A stretch of 64,000 nucleotides of DNA from Alphaproteobacteria bacterium (GCA_963667785.2 CAXXMU010000001.1:640001-704000), one strand, 5' to 3'. Shown: positions 31,361-42,673, counted from the stretch's first letter. The notes: generated by a model from the sequence alone, not told the origin. Made by a program: numbers and translations.

Positions 31361-32485
31361 ATGCAGCGCTACCAGCGTTACCTTCTGCGTCAGCTTGTGG
31401 GCCCCTTCGTTCTCGTCGCGCTGGGGCTCACGGCGGTCGTCTGGCTGTCGCAGTCGCTGCGCATCATCGACTTGATCGTCAACAAGGGCCTGTCGCTCAG
31501 CGCCTTCATGCTGATGAGCATGCTGGTGCTGCCGACGTTCCTGGGCGCGATCCTGCCGATCGCGTTCTTCTGCGCGCTGCTCTTCACCTACAACAGGCTC
31601 AACATCGACAGCGAGCTGGTCAGCCTGCGCGCCGCCGGCGTCAGCCAGTGGTCACTGGCGAAGCCGGCGCTGCTGATGGCCACTGCTGTCGCCGCCGTGT
31701 CCTACGCGATCGTCATGTACGTCATGCCGGTCAGCCACCAGGAGTTCAAGGAGCGCCAGTTCGTCCTGCGCGGCGACCACTCGTTGCTGCTCCTGGAGGA
31801 GGGCACGTTCAACACGCTCTCCGACGGCGTCACCGTCTACATCCGCGGGCGCGAGGGAAACTCGCTCAACGGAATCCTCGTGCACGACGCCCGCGACCCG
31901 GAACGGCCGGTCACGATGATGGCCGAGAGGGGCGTTCTGCTCCGCACCAGCCAGGGGCCGCGCTTCACCCTGATCAACGGTCACCGCCAGCGGGTGGATC
32001 GCGACACGTCGCGCCTCTCGCTCCTCAATTTCGAGCGCTACACCATCGACCTGGGCGACTTCGTCCAGTCCGGCGGCTCCCGCCATCGCGAGCCGCGCGA
32101 GCGCTTCATCGACGAGCTGCTCAGCCCCGACGCCGAAGGGGTCGAGACGATGCGCGGCAAGTTCCTCTCCGAGGCGCACAGCCGCATCGTCACGCCCCTT
32201 TTCGCCTACGTGCTCATGGCGATCGCCATGGCGGCGCTGCTCTCCGGCAACGTCGACCGGCGCGGATACTGGCGGCGCATGCTCGTCGCCATCGCGGCCG
32301 CGGTGCTGTTCGAGGCCCTGGCGCTCTTCCTGGTGAATGCGAGCGCCAAGAACAGCCAGCTCATCCCGCTCATGTACCTGAACCCCGCGCTCGTGATCGC
32401 CGTCGCGGTCGTCTTCATGCGCCGCCGCCTGCTGCGGCTGCTCGGCGGCCGCACTGCGGCGCTCGGGCCCGGCGCGCAGGGATAG
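31361..32485 (+). CDS. lptF: LPS export permease LptF
   Basis: WLSQSLR, DSELVSLRAAGVS, EGTFN; first gene of lptFGD. Confidence 0.9.
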   Translation: MQRYQRYLLRQLVGPFVLVALGLTAVVWLSQSLRIIDLIVNKGLSLSAFMLMSMLVLPTFLGAILPIAFFCALLFTYNRLNIDSELVSLRAAGVSQWSLAKPALLMATAVAAVSYAIVMYVMPVSHQEFKERQFVLRGDHSLLLLEEGTFNTLSDGVTVYIRGREGNSLNGILVHDARDPERPVTMMAERGVLLRTSQGPRFTLINGHRQRVDRDTSRLSLLNFERYTIDLGDFVQSGGSRHREPRERFIDELLSPDAEGVETMRGKFLSEAHSRIVTPLFAYVLMAIAMAALLSGNVDRRGYWRRMLVAIAAAVLFEALALFLVNASAKNSQLIPLMYLNPALVIAVAVVFMRRRLLRLLGGRTAALGPGAQG

Positions 32486-32495
32486 GGCACGCGCG

Positions 32496-33590
32496 ATGCG
32501 CCTCTCCGGCACGCTCTCACTCTACATGGGCAGGCAGTACCTGCAGCACGTCGCGCTCGTCTTCCTGCTCGTCATCCTGACCATCCTCATCGCGGACACG
32601 ATCGAGCTGCTGCGCCGTGCCTCCGGGTCCGACAAGACCGCCACCCTCGAAATCGTCCTCCGGATGGCGTCGCTGCACATTCCCTTCATGGCCCAGAAGG
32701 CGCTGCCCTTCGTCGTGCTCGTCGGCGGCATCGTGACCTTTGCCAAGCTGACGCGGAGCCGCGAGCTCGTGGTCGCGCGGGCGGCGGGGGTCTCGGTATG
32801 GCAGTTCATCCTGCCGGTGCTCATCATCTCCGCGCTGCTCGGCGGCCTCTTCATGATGGTCATCAACCCGCTCGCCTCGGCCACCACCGCGCGCTTCGAG
32901 CAGATGGACGCGACCCACCTGCGTGGCAGCTCCAGCCTCATGGCTCTGTCCAAGTCCGGGATCTGGCTCAGACAGGGCGATGCGGAAGGACAGTCGGTGG
33001 TTCACGCCGAGCGGATCGATCAGGACACGACGACCCTGCATGACGCCATCATCTTCCTGTACGCAGAGGAGGATCACTTCGTCGGTCGCATCGATGCCGC
33101 CGAGGCCCGGCTCGAGGACGGATACTGGAACCTCACCGACGCCCTCTTCAGCGCCCCGGACGAGCCCGCCCGGCATCGGGCGAACGCCCGCATCCCGACC
33201 GATCTGACCCTGGAGCGCATCCAGAACAGTTTCTCGCCACCGGAGACGCTCTCCTTCTGGGCCCTGCCGGGCTTCATCGACGTGCTCGAAGAGTCCGGCT
33301 TTTCGTCCGTCAAGCACCACCTGCACTGGCATTCGCTCCTGGCCGGTCCGCTGCTGCTGTGCGCCATGGTCCTGATCGCGGCGACCTTCTCGCTGCGTTT
33401 CACGCGGCGCGGCACCTGGGTGCTGGTCGCGGGCGGGCTGCTCACGGGCTTCCTCTTCTACTTCCTTTCCGACCTCGTGCTCGCCCTCGGCATTTCCGGC
33501 AAGCTGCCGCCCATACTCGCGGCGTGGACGCCGGCGGGCATCTTCACGCTGGTCGGCGTCGCGGGGCTCTTCCACCTCGAGGATGGCTAG
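32496..33590 (+). CDS. lptG: LPS export permease LptG
   Basis: ELVVARAAGVSVWQF, GIWLRQ, LAAWTP, HLEDG. Confidence 0.92.
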   Translation: MRLSGTLSLYMGRQYLQHVALVFLLVILTILIADTIELLRRASGSDKTATLEIVLRMASLHIPFMAQKALPFVVLVGGIVTFAKLTRSRELVVARAAGVSVWQFILPVLIISALLGGLFMMVINPLASATTARFEQMDATHLRGSSSLMALSKSGIWLRQGDAEGQSVVHAERIDQDTTTLHDAIIFLYAEEDHFVGRIDAAEARLEDGYWNLTDALFSAPDEPARHRANARIPTDLTLERIQNSFSPPETLSFWALPGFIDVLEESGFSSVKHHLHWHSLLAGPLLLCAMVLIAATFSLRFTRRGTWVLVAGGLLTGFLFYFLSDLVLALGISGKLPPILAAWTPAGIFTLVGVAGLFHLEDG

Positions 33591-35757
33591 CGCCCGCATC
33601 ATGAGGGTCGTCTTGTGGCTGGCGTTTGCGGGCCTTCTCGGGCTGTACGCGCCGGCGGCGGGTGCACAGCAGGCCGGCGACGAGCCCGGCCTGCGCGAGG
33701 CGTTCGTCGGCGACGTCCTGATGACCGCCGACGAGCTGGTCTATGAGGACGACGCCGACACGGTCATCGCGTCGGGCAACGTCGAGGTGGCCCAGGGCGG
33801 GCGGGTGCTGCGCGCCGCCCACATCCGCTACAGGCGCGGCGACGGGGTGGTGACGGCATCGGGCGATGTTGCGCTGCTGGAGCCGGGCGGCGAGGTGATG
33901 TTCGCCGATTCCGTGGAGCTCACCGGCAACCTGCGGAACGGCGTGATCCGTCGTCTCAGCGCGCTCCTGACCGACGATTCGCGGCTCACCGCGAGCAGCG
34001 CCCGGCGCACGGACGGCAACCGCACGGCGATGCGGAAGGCGGTGTTCTCTCCCTGCGAGCTGTGCCCCGACAATCCCGAGCGGGCGCCGCTCTGGCAGAT
34101 CAAGGCCGACGCCGTGATCCACGACCAGGAGGCACGCTCGCTGACCTACAACGACGCCTGGCTCGAATTCTTCGGCACGCCCGTCCTGTACACGCCCTAT
34201 TTCCGCCACCCCGACCCGACCGTGGACCGCCAGACGGGATTCCTGGTCCCGCGCTACCGGAGCTCGACCGCCCTCGGCGTGGACGTGACGGTCCCCTACT
34301 ACTGGGCCTTGGCTCCGAACCGGGACCTGACCTTCTCGCCGCGCTTCACCTCCGAAGAGGGCGTGGTGCTGGCGAGCGAGTACCGCGAGCGCACGCGGGA
34401 CGGCCGCTTCAGCATCGATGCCAGCCTCACCCGGGCCAACACCCCGTCCGAGGACAACCGCAGGATGCGCGGGCATCTCTTCGGCGAGGGCGCGTTCGAT
34501 ATCGACCGGGAATCGCGCTGGGGCTTCACCCTGGAGCGAGCCCTCGACGACACCTATCTGAACCGCTACGACATCTCGTCGAAGGACGATCTGATCACGA
34601 ATCTGTTCGCGGAGCTATACCGGCAGCGCAGCTACGTGGCCGGCAACGGCTACGCCTTCCAGAGCCTGCGCGCCGGCTACCAGGGCGACCGCACCCCGAT
34701 CGTCCTCCCCCTGCTCGAAGCGAGCGTCGTGAGCGCGCCGCGCTACGCCGGCGGCTACACCACGCTCGACGCGAACCTCATGGTGCTGGAGCGGCTGGAA
34801 GGGAACGACAGCCGGCGCTTCTCGATCACCGGCGGCTGGCACCGGCCGGCCATCCTGGCAGGCGGCCACGTCGTCCGGCTGGATGCGAGCGTGCGCGGCG
34901 ACATCTACCACGCCTACCTCTCCGACGCCGTCTCGCGGCTGCTCGACAGGCCGCAAAGCGAGACCGCCTGGCGGCTGGTGCCCGAGTTCGCCACCGAATG
35001 GCGCTTTCCGCTCGTCGCCCGCATCGGGACGATCCGCCAGCTCGTGGAGCCGATCGTGCAGGGTGTCTTCAGCCCCTACGGCGTCAACCCCGGAGAGATT
35101 CCCAACGAGGACAGCCGGGACCTCGAGTTCGACCACACCAATCTGTTCAGCACCAACCGCTTCCCCGGCTTCGACCGCATCGAGACCGGGCTGCGCGTGA
35201 ACTACGGGGTTCGCCTCGGATTTTTCGGTCAGAACGGCGGCCGCGTGAGCGCCATAGTCGGACAAAGCGCTCGCGCGAAGGACGACAGGCAATTCTCTGA
35301 CGGCAGCGGGCTCGAACGCGAGCTCTCCGACGTCATCGGCCGTATATTCGTGCAGCCGTCGCCCTTGCTGGACCTTTCCTTGCGGTTTCGCCTCGACCAC
35401 CGCAACTTCGCCACCAGGCGCAACGAGATCGACCTCGACGCCGGCCCGGAGTGGCTGCGGGCGCGAATCGGTTTCGCCGACCTGGAACGGCAGCCCGAGA
35501 GCATCATTGGGGAGTCCGTCGGCGGCAGGGAGGGCGTGCTCGGCGTCACGTCGGGTCTCGCCGGCGGCTGGACGCTCTCCGCCGAGACCCGTCGCGACCT
35601 CAAGGACGATGCCAGCATCGACTGGAGGGCGGCTCTCGCCTATGAAGACGAATGCATCCGAATCAGCACCGGCATCTCGCGGTCCTTTACCCGCGACCGG
35701 GACATCCAGCCGGATACGGTCTTCCACCTGGCCGTCAAGCTGAGGCCTGCGGGGTGA
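33583..35757 (+). CDS. lptD: LPS assembly protein LptD
   Basis: OstA-like N-terminus, SPCELC, PLWQIKA, PNEDS, YEDEC. Confidence 0.92.
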   Translation: MASARIMRVVLWLAFAGLLGLYAPAAGAQQAGDEPGLREAFVGDVLMTADELVYEDDADTVIASGNVEVAQGGRVLRAAHIRYRRGDGVVTASGDVALLEPGGEVMFADSVELTGNLRNGVIRRLSALLTDDSRLTASSARRTDGNRTAMRKAVFSPCELCPDNPERAPLWQIKADAVIHDQEARSLTYNDAWLEFFGTPVLYTPYFRHPDPTVDRQTGFLVPRYRSSTALGVDVTVPYYWALAPNRDLTFSPRFTSEEGVVLASEYRERTRDGRFSIDASLTRANTPSEDNRRMRGHLFGEGAFDIDRESRWGFTLERALDDTYLNRYDISSKDDLITNLFAELYRQRSYVAGNGYAFQSLRAGYQGDRTPIVLPLLEASVVSAPRYAGGYTTLDANLMVLERLEGNDSRRFSITGGWHRPAILAGGHVVRLDASVRGDIYHAYLSDAVSRLLDRPQSETAWRLVPEFATEWRFPLVARIGTIRQLVEPIVQGVFSPYGVNPGEIPNEDSRDLEFDHTNLFSTNRFPGFDRIETGLRVNYGVRLGFFGQNGGRVSAIVGQSARAKDDRQFSDGSGLERELSDVIGRIFVQPSPLLDLSLRFRLDHRNFATRRNEIDLDAGPEWLRARIGFADLERQPESIIGESVGGREGVLGVTSGLAGGWTLSAETRRDLKDDASIDWRAALAYEDECIRISTGISRSFTRDRDIQPDTVFHLAVKLRPAG

Positions 35758-35767
35758 GGCGGCGGTA

Positions 35768-36733
35768 ATGCGTCGTCCGATCGTCCGCGCGGCTCTGCTT
35801 ATGCTCGCGCTCCTGCCGCTCGCCTTAGGCCCGGCCGATGGCGCGCGTGGCCAGGAGGTCGTGCGAATCGCCGCAGTGGTCAACAACGAAGCGATCTCCG
35901 TTCCTGATCTCGTGGCGCGGATCGACGTCGCCATCGCCTCGTCCCGCCTGCGTGCCGACGACGAGCTGCGGCGCCAGCTTGCGCCGCAGGTGCTCCGCGC
36001 GATGATCGACGAGCGGCTGAAGCGGCAGGAGGCGGAGCGCCGCGAGGTGACGGTCGGCGAAGAGGAGATGGCCGGCGCGCTCAGGACCCTTGAGCAGCGC
36101 AACGGTATTCCCGAAGGCGGCTTCGAGGACTTCCTGAGAGACCAGGGTCTCGACGTGTCCTCGGTCAGGGAGCAGATCCGCGCCGAGATCCTGTGGGCCA
36201 AGCTGGTGCGTCGCCGCCTGGGGGCATCGGCCGCGGTCGGCGAAGGCGAGATCGACGAGGCGATCGCCCGTCTGGAGGCCAATCGAGGGCGTCCCGAATA
36301 CCGCGCCGCCGAGATCTTCCTCGCGGTGGACTCCGGTGAGGGCGAGGAGGAGGTGCGTGCCGCTGCGGCGGGCCTCTACGAGCAGCTTGCGGCGGGCGCG
36401 AGCTTCACTCAGATCGCCCGCCAGTTTTCGCAGAGTGCGACGGCCGCAGTCGGCGGCGACATCGGCTGGGTCGTCGAGGGGCAGCTCCCGAGCGAGATCG
36501 ACGATGTGCTTGCGCGCATCGAGCCGGGAGACATCGCCCCGCCGGTGCGGTCGTTCGACGGCTACTACATCATCTCCTTGATCGATCGCCGCACGGTGCT
36601 CTCGAGCGCGTCCTCCGCCGGCCCGGATCGGGAGGAGATCCGGCAGGAGATCGCAGGGCGGCGCATGGAAATGCTCGCCCGGCGCTACGTGCGCGACCTG
36701 CACCGGTCGGCCTTCATCGACATACGCATTTGA
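35768..36733 (+). CDS. surA: SurA-family peptidyl-prolyl isomerase/chaperone
   Basis: IAAVVNNEAIS, ARQFSQSATAAVGGDIGW parvulin domain. Confidence 0.88.
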   Translation: MRRPIVRAALLMLALLPLALGPADGARGQEVVRIAAVVNNEAISVPDLVARIDVAIASSRLRADDELRRQLAPQVLRAMIDERLKRQEAERREVTVGEEEMAGALRTLEQRNGIPEGGFEDFLRDQGLDVSSVREQIRAEILWAKLVRRRLGASAAVGEGEIDEAIARLEANRGRPEYRAAEIFLAVDSGEGEEEVRAAAAGLYEQLAAGASFTQIARQFSQSATAAVGGDIGWVVEGQLPSEIDDVLARIEPGDIAPPVRSFDGYYIISLIDRRTVLSSASSAGPDREEIRQEIAGRRMEMLARRYVRDLHRSAFIDIRI

Positions 36734-37611
36734 GCGGCGGCGGCGTCCCCGATGCGGCCGGCGGCGAGCGAGAGGGCCCGCTGGCGCCGCTCTCCGCCGT
36801 CATCGCCCGCCACGGGCTCCGGCCCAGACGCGCGCTGGGGCAGCACTTCCTCCTCGACCCCGGGCTCTGCGGCAGGATCGCACGGGCGGCCCGGCCCCAC
36901 GCGGCGAGCGCCATCCTGGAGGTCGGCCCCGGGCCGGGCGGCCTGACGCGGGCGCTGCTCGCCGCCGGCGCCGCCCGCATCGTCGCGGTCGAGAAGGACC
37001 GCCGCTGCGTCGCCGCGCTGCAGGAGCTCGCGGCCCGCTTTCCCGGCCGGCTCGAGATCGTTGAGGGCGACGCGCTGGCCTTCGACGTGGCGTCCGTCGC
37101 GCCTGCCCGGATCGGGATCGTCGCCAATCTTCCCTACAATATCGGCACACGGCTGCTGCTGCGCTGGCTGGATCGGGCCGAGCGCATCGACAGCATGACG
37201 CTGATGTTCCAGAAGGAGGTGGCGACGCGGCTCACCGCGACCGGCGGGCGGGAATACGGCGGGCTATCGGTGCGCGCACAGTGGCTCTGCGACTGCGAGC
37301 GGCTGTTCGACGTGAGCCCCGGCTCCTTCCAGCCGCCGCCCGCCGTGACCTCGACGGTGGTGCGCCTGGTGCCGAGAGCGGAGCCGTTGGCGCCGGCGGA
37401 GCCTGACGCGCTGGACGACGTGACGCGCGCGGCGTTCGGCCAGCGGAGAAAGATGCTGCGCAGCGCCCTTCGCAGGCTCACCCGAGACCCGCATGCCCTG
37501 CTGGAAGGCGCCGGCATTGCGCCGGAGGCGCGGGCCGAGACGCTCTCGGTCGCGGATTTCTGCGCGCTGGCGCGGACCTGGGCCGCCATGCGGCGGGCGG
37601 AGGAGCCATAA
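36730..37611 (+). CDS. rsmA: 16S rRNA dimethyltransferase RsmA/KsgA
   Basis: LGQHFLLD, EVGPGPGGLT, NLPYNI, FGQRRKMLR. Confidence 0.96.
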   Translation: MSGGGVPDAAGGEREGPLAPLSAVIARHGLRPRRALGQHFLLDPGLCGRIARAARPHAASAILEVGPGPGGLTRALLAAGAARIVAVEKDRRCVAALQELAARFPGRLEIVEGDALAFDVASVAPARIGIVANLPYNIGTRLLLRWLDRAERIDSMTLMFQKEVATRLTATGGREYGGLSVRAQWLCDCERLFDVSPGSFQPPPAVTSTVVRLVPRAEPLAPAEPDALDDVTRAAFGQRRKMLRSALRRLTRDPHALLEGAGIAPEARAETLSVADFCALARTWAAMRRAEEP

Positions 37612-37656
37612 TTCCGCTTGCCAACGGGCCCGGCACGCCTTAGTCACCCTGCCGTC

Positions 37657-37695
37657 ATGCCAGTCAATGCTCGCCTGCGACGACGAGACGCCTGA
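37657..37695 (+). promoter_or_regulatory. Candidate leader peptide MPVNARLRRRDA*
   Basis: uORF with CGA-CGA-CGA, followed by a 10-bp hairpin (37698-37720), upstream of the GNAT gene. Confidence 0.45.
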
Positions 37696-37761
37696 CCCCG
37701 CCGCGCCACCGGCGCGGCGGCTGCTCCACCCAGCCCGTCCGTCGTCGAGAGCCGAGCCATC

Positions 37762-38277
37762 ATGACTCCCATCCGTCCCGAGGGGCCGCAAGACGGCCCG
37801 CATATCGAAGCCCTGCTCGACCGCGCCTTCGGCGCGGACCGTCACGCCCGTCCCTCCTACCGCCTGCGCGACGGCATCCGACCGATTGAGAGCCTCTGCT
37901 TCGTCGCGGAGGCCGAGGGCCGGATCGTCGGCACGATCCGTCACTGGCCTGTCCGCATCGGCGATGCGGGGCGTGCGCTGCTGCTGGGGCCGATCGCGGT
38001 CGAGCCTGCCCGCGAGCGCCAGGGGATCGGCGGCCATCTGGTGCGGACAGGCCTGGATCGGGCCGCAGCCGCAGGGCACGAGGCGGTCGTCGCGGTCGGC
38101 ACGCCGGCGTTTCTCGGCCGCTTCGGGTTCGCGGCCGCGGGGCCGTTCGGGATCACGCTTCCCGGACTGGACGATCCGCGCCGGCTGCTCGCCCTGCCGC
38201 TCGTCCCGGGCGCGCTCGAAGGCGCGGGCGGTGCGGTCCGCCGCTTCAGTCCGCCGGCGGTTCCGCCCCCTTCGTGA
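37762..38277 (+). CDS. GNAT N-acetyltransferase (YhbS-like)
   Basis: AFG..R...SYRLR, LLGPIAV, RQGIGGHL acetyl-CoA motif. Confidence 0.88.
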   Translation: MTPIRPEGPQDGPHIEALLDRAFGADRHARPSYRLRDGIRPIESLCFVAEAEGRIVGTIRHWPVRIGDAGRALLLGPIAVEPARERQGIGGHLVRTGLDRAAAAGHEAVVAVGTPAFLGRFGFAAAGPFGITLPGLDDPRRLLALPLVPGALEGAGGAVRRFSPPAVPPPS

Positions 38278-38932
38278 GGCCCGCCACGAAGTCGTCGAGT
38301 CCTCTCAGGCGGCCGCGGCGCAGCCGTTCCGCGCGGAGGATCGAGCGCACGTCGATGACGGCCTGCTCCAGCGCGGCGTTGACCACGACGTAGTCGTACT
38401 CGTCGTAGTGCCGCATCTCGTCGCCGGCCCGGCTCATGCGCTGGGCCACCACGGCCGCGCTGTCCTGCGCGCGGCGCTTGAGTCGCTGCTCCAGCGCCTC
38501 CAGCGACGGCGGCAGGATGAAGATGCGGACGAGGTCGCCGCGCACGGCCTCGGCGAGCTGCTGGCTGCCCTGCCAGTCGATGTCGAAGATCACGTCGCGG
38601 CCGGCCTCGACGGCGCTTTCGACCGGATCGCGTGCGGTGCCGTACCAGTGGCCGAAGACCTCGGCGTGCTCGAGAAACGCCCCGCGATCCCGGAGCCGCG
38701 CGAAGCCGGCCTCGTCGACGAAGTGGTAGTCGCGGCCGTCGATCTCGTCCGGCCGCTTCGGCCGCGTAGTGTGGGAGACCGAGATCGTGACCTCCTCGCC
38801 CTCCAGCTCGACCAGGCGGCGGGTGATCGTCGTCTTGCCGGCGCCCGAGGGCGAGGAGAGTACCAGCAGGAGGCCCCGGCGTCCGAGGCGCCCGAGGCGT
38901 TCGAGGGTAGCGTCACTGCCCGCGGTGCCCAT
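38246..38932 (-). CDS. gmk: Guanylate kinase
   Basis: SSPSGAGKTT, SHTTR, DGRDYHF, FDIDWQG. Confidence 0.97.
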   Translation of the reverse strand: MGTAGSDATLERLGRLGRRGLLLVLSSPSGAGKTTITRRLVELEGEEVTISVSHTTRPKRPDEIDGRDYHFVDEAGFARLRDRGAFLEHAEVFGHWYGTARDPVESAVEAGRDVIFDIDWQGSQQLAEAVRGDLVRIFILPPSLEALEQRLKRRAQDSAAVVAQRMSRAGDEMRHYDEYDYVVVNAALEQAVIDVRSILRAERLRRGRLRGLDDFVAGLTKGAEPPAD

Positions 38933-38935
38933 GGC

Positions 38936-39832
38936 CTACTCGACGTTCTGCGCCTGCTCGCGGAAGCGGTCGATGGCCGCCTTGAGCGCGAGGCCGGTGT
39001 CCGTGAGCGCGGCATCGGAGGCCTTGGAGCAGAGGGTGTTGGCCTCCCGGTTGAACTCCTGGGCGAGGAAATCCAGCTTGCGCCCGACCGCGCCGTCCGC
39101 CTCGAGGTAACGCGCCGCCGCGGCGCAGTGAGACGCGAGCCGGTCGATCTCCTCGGTCACGTCGATCTTGACCGCGAGCAGCGCAAGCTCCGCCGCCAGC
39201 CGCTCCTCCGGCATCGGCGCGCCGGCGTCGAGCAAGGCCGCCACCTGCGCGCGCAACCGCTCGCCATGCGCTTCGAGGCGCGTGGGCGCCAGGGTCTCCG
39301 CCCGCCGGGTCAGGGCCGCGATCTCCTCGATCTGCTGCGCGAGCGCCGCAGCCATCGCCGCCCCCTCCGCCCGTCGCTCGCGCACGAGCTCGCCGAGCGC
39401 GGCATCGAGGGTCTCCAGCATGGCGCCGTCGTCCCCGGTGGCGTCTTGGTCGTCGCTCGCCTCGGCGGACTCGATGACGCCGCGCAGCGCCAGCAGGCCG
39501 TCGAGGCGCGGCGGGGCGATGCCCTCGTGCGCGCGATAGTTGGAAGCGAGCGCGACCAGCTCGTCGAGCCATGCCCTGTTGACGCGCATGGCCGCCTCCC
39601 CCGGCGCTTGGCCGAGCCTGAGGCCCACCGTGACGCTGCCGCGCCGGAGCCGTGCCGCCACCGCGCTGCGGACCGCCGGGTCGAGCCGCTCCATGCCGGC
39701 CGGCAGGCGGCAGCGGATATCGAGCGAGCGCCCGTTCACGCTCCTGACCTCCCAGCTCCAGACGCTCGCGCCGGCACCGCCGCTCGCGCGCGCGAAGCCG
39801 GTCATGCTGGAGAGGCCCGCAGCGCCGCCCAT
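38936..39832 (-). CDS. yicC: YicC/YloC family endoribonuclease
   Basis: SMTGFAR, RSVNGR, GRKLDFLAQEFNREANTLCSK, REQAQNVE. Confidence 0.95.
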   Translation of the reverse strand: MGGAAGLSSMTGFARASGGAGASVWSWEVRSVNGRSLDIRCRLPAGMERLDPAVRSAVAARLRRGSVTVGLRLGQAPGEAAMRVNRAWLDELVALASNYRAHEGIAPPRLDGLLALRGVIESAEASDDQDATGDDGAMLETLDAALGELVRERRAEGAAMAAALAQQIEEIAALTRRAETLAPTRLEAHGERLRAQVAALLDAGAPMPEERLAAELALLAVKIDVTEEIDRLASHCAAAARYLEADGAVGRKLDFLAQEFNREANTLCSKASDAALTDTGLALKAAIDRFREQAQNVE

Positions 39833-39845
39833 TCGCGCTCTCCCG

Positions 39846-40841
39846 CTACTGCCCGTCCGTCGCCCGCTGCGCCCGCCAGCGTGCGACGTTGCGGTTGTGC
39901 TCGTCGAGGGTCTCGGCGAAGGCGTGCCCGCCGCTGCCGTCGGCGACGAAGTAGAGGGCGGTGCTTTCCGCCGGCTGCATGACGGCGGCAAGCGCCGCGC
40001 GACCGGGATTGGCGATGGGCCCCGGCGGCAGGCCGCGCACGCGGTAGGTGTTGTAGGGGCTGTCGACGCGGAGATCGGACCGGGTCAGCGCCCGGCCGAG
40101 CGGACCCTCGCCGCCGGTCAGCGCGTAGATGACGGTCGGGTCCGATTGCAGCCGCATGTTCTCGCGCAACCGGTTGAGGAAGACGGCGGCGATCACCGGC
40201 CGCTCGTCGGCGACGCCGGTCTCCTTCTCCACGACGGAGGCCAGCACCACCGCCTGCTGCGCGTTGTCGAGAGCGAGCGTCGGGTCGCGCGTCTGCCACA
40301 GCTCCTCGACCAGCCGGGTCATGGCGTGCTGCATGCGCTCGACGAGGCCGGCGCGGCTGTCGCTAAGCGCGTAGTGATAGGTCTCGGGCAGGAGCGAGCC
40401 TTCCGGCGGCATCGCCGCGATCTCGCCCTCGAGCCTGGACGTCGCGTCGAGCGCGGCCACGATCTCCGCACTGGTCATTCCCTCGGCGACGGTGAAGCGG
40501 TGCACGACGGTATCGCCGGCCACCAACTTCTCCTTCACGCCGCGCGGCGTGACCAGCGCCTCGAACGCGTACTCGCCCGGCTTGAGCGCGTGCTGCTCGT
40601 CCTCGATCCAGAGGCCGGCGACGAAGAGGACCGGATCGTCGATGACCCCCGCCTCGGCCAGCCGGTCGGCGATGTCGAAGGCGCCCAGCCCCGGCGGCAG
40701 GACGAGGGTGTGCGCCTCGCGCAGCGGCCCCGGCGTGTCGAACTGGCCGTGGACGTAGAGCCAGCCGGCGATGGCGAGCACGACCGCAAGGCCGAACGCG
40801 ACCGCGAGCCCCGTCAGCGGCCACAGGACGGCGCGCCTCAT
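39846..40841 (-). CDS. mltG: Endolytic transglycosylase MltG
   Basis: EGSLLPETY, LASVVEKET, RLQSDPT, SPYNTY..GLPPGPIANPG. Confidence 0.96.
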   Translation of the reverse strand: MRRAVLWPLTGLAVAFGLAVVLAIAGWLYVHGQFDTPGPLREAHTLVLPPGLGAFDIADRLAEAGVIDDPVLFVAGLWIEDEQHALKPGEYAFEALVTPRGVKEKLVAGDTVVHRFTVAEGMTSAEIVAALDATSRLEGEIAAMPPEGSLLPETYHYALSDSRAGLVERMQHAMTRLVEELWQTRDPTLALDNAQQAVVLASVVEKETGVADERPVIAAVFLNRLRENMRLQSDPTVIYALTGGEGPLGRALTRSDLRVDSPYNTYRVRGLPPGPIANPGRAALAAVMQPAESTALYFVADGSGGHAFAETLDEHNRNVARWRAQRATDGQ

Positions 40842-40849
40842 CGCACCCC

Positions 40850-42121
<1,272 letters not shown>

Positions 42122-42190
42122 CCACGTCTCTCCGGCTGTCGCGGTCTCGCACAGGCCGCGTCTGCGCCATCGGCCCCTCTGGCCGCCCGG

Positions 42191-42430
42191 TCAGGTGATC
42201 TGCTCGATGTGGTCGATGGCGTCCTTCACCGTGAGGATCTTCTCGGCGGCGTCGTCGGGAATCTCGCAGCCGAACTCCTCCTCGAAGGCCATCACGAGCT
42301 CGACCGTATCGAGGCTGTCCGCGCCCAGATCGTCTATGAAGCTCGCGTTCTCGGTCACCTTTTCCTCTTCGATGCCAAGGTGATCGACGACGATTTTCTT
42401 GACGCGCGCGGCGATATCGTTATCGCTCAT
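42191..42430 (-). CDS. acpP: Acyl carrier protein
   Basis: [14 protein letters not shown]. Confidence 0.97.
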   Translation of the reverse strand: MSDNDIAARVKKIVVDHLGIEEEKVTENASFIDDLGADSLDTVELVMAFEEEFGCEIPDDAAEKILTVKDAIDHIEQIT

Positions 42431-42673
42431 GTAACCTTCCCTCGTCGGACTGCGTGAACGGCTTCGCCGGTCTGAACCAGCGGACAGCGGCCTCGCGCGG
42501 CTCGCGCACCCCAAGCGGGCCGGCCCGCGCGGACGGACGGGGCGCTAGGTAACACATTTTCAGGCGATACTCCATACGCTCGCACGGCGGCATCCGAGAG
42601 AGTGTCGATTCGAGCCCGAGGCCGGGCCGAGAGCCATGAGAGAGACACCGAATCCGCCGCCAGGCACGCGTCC

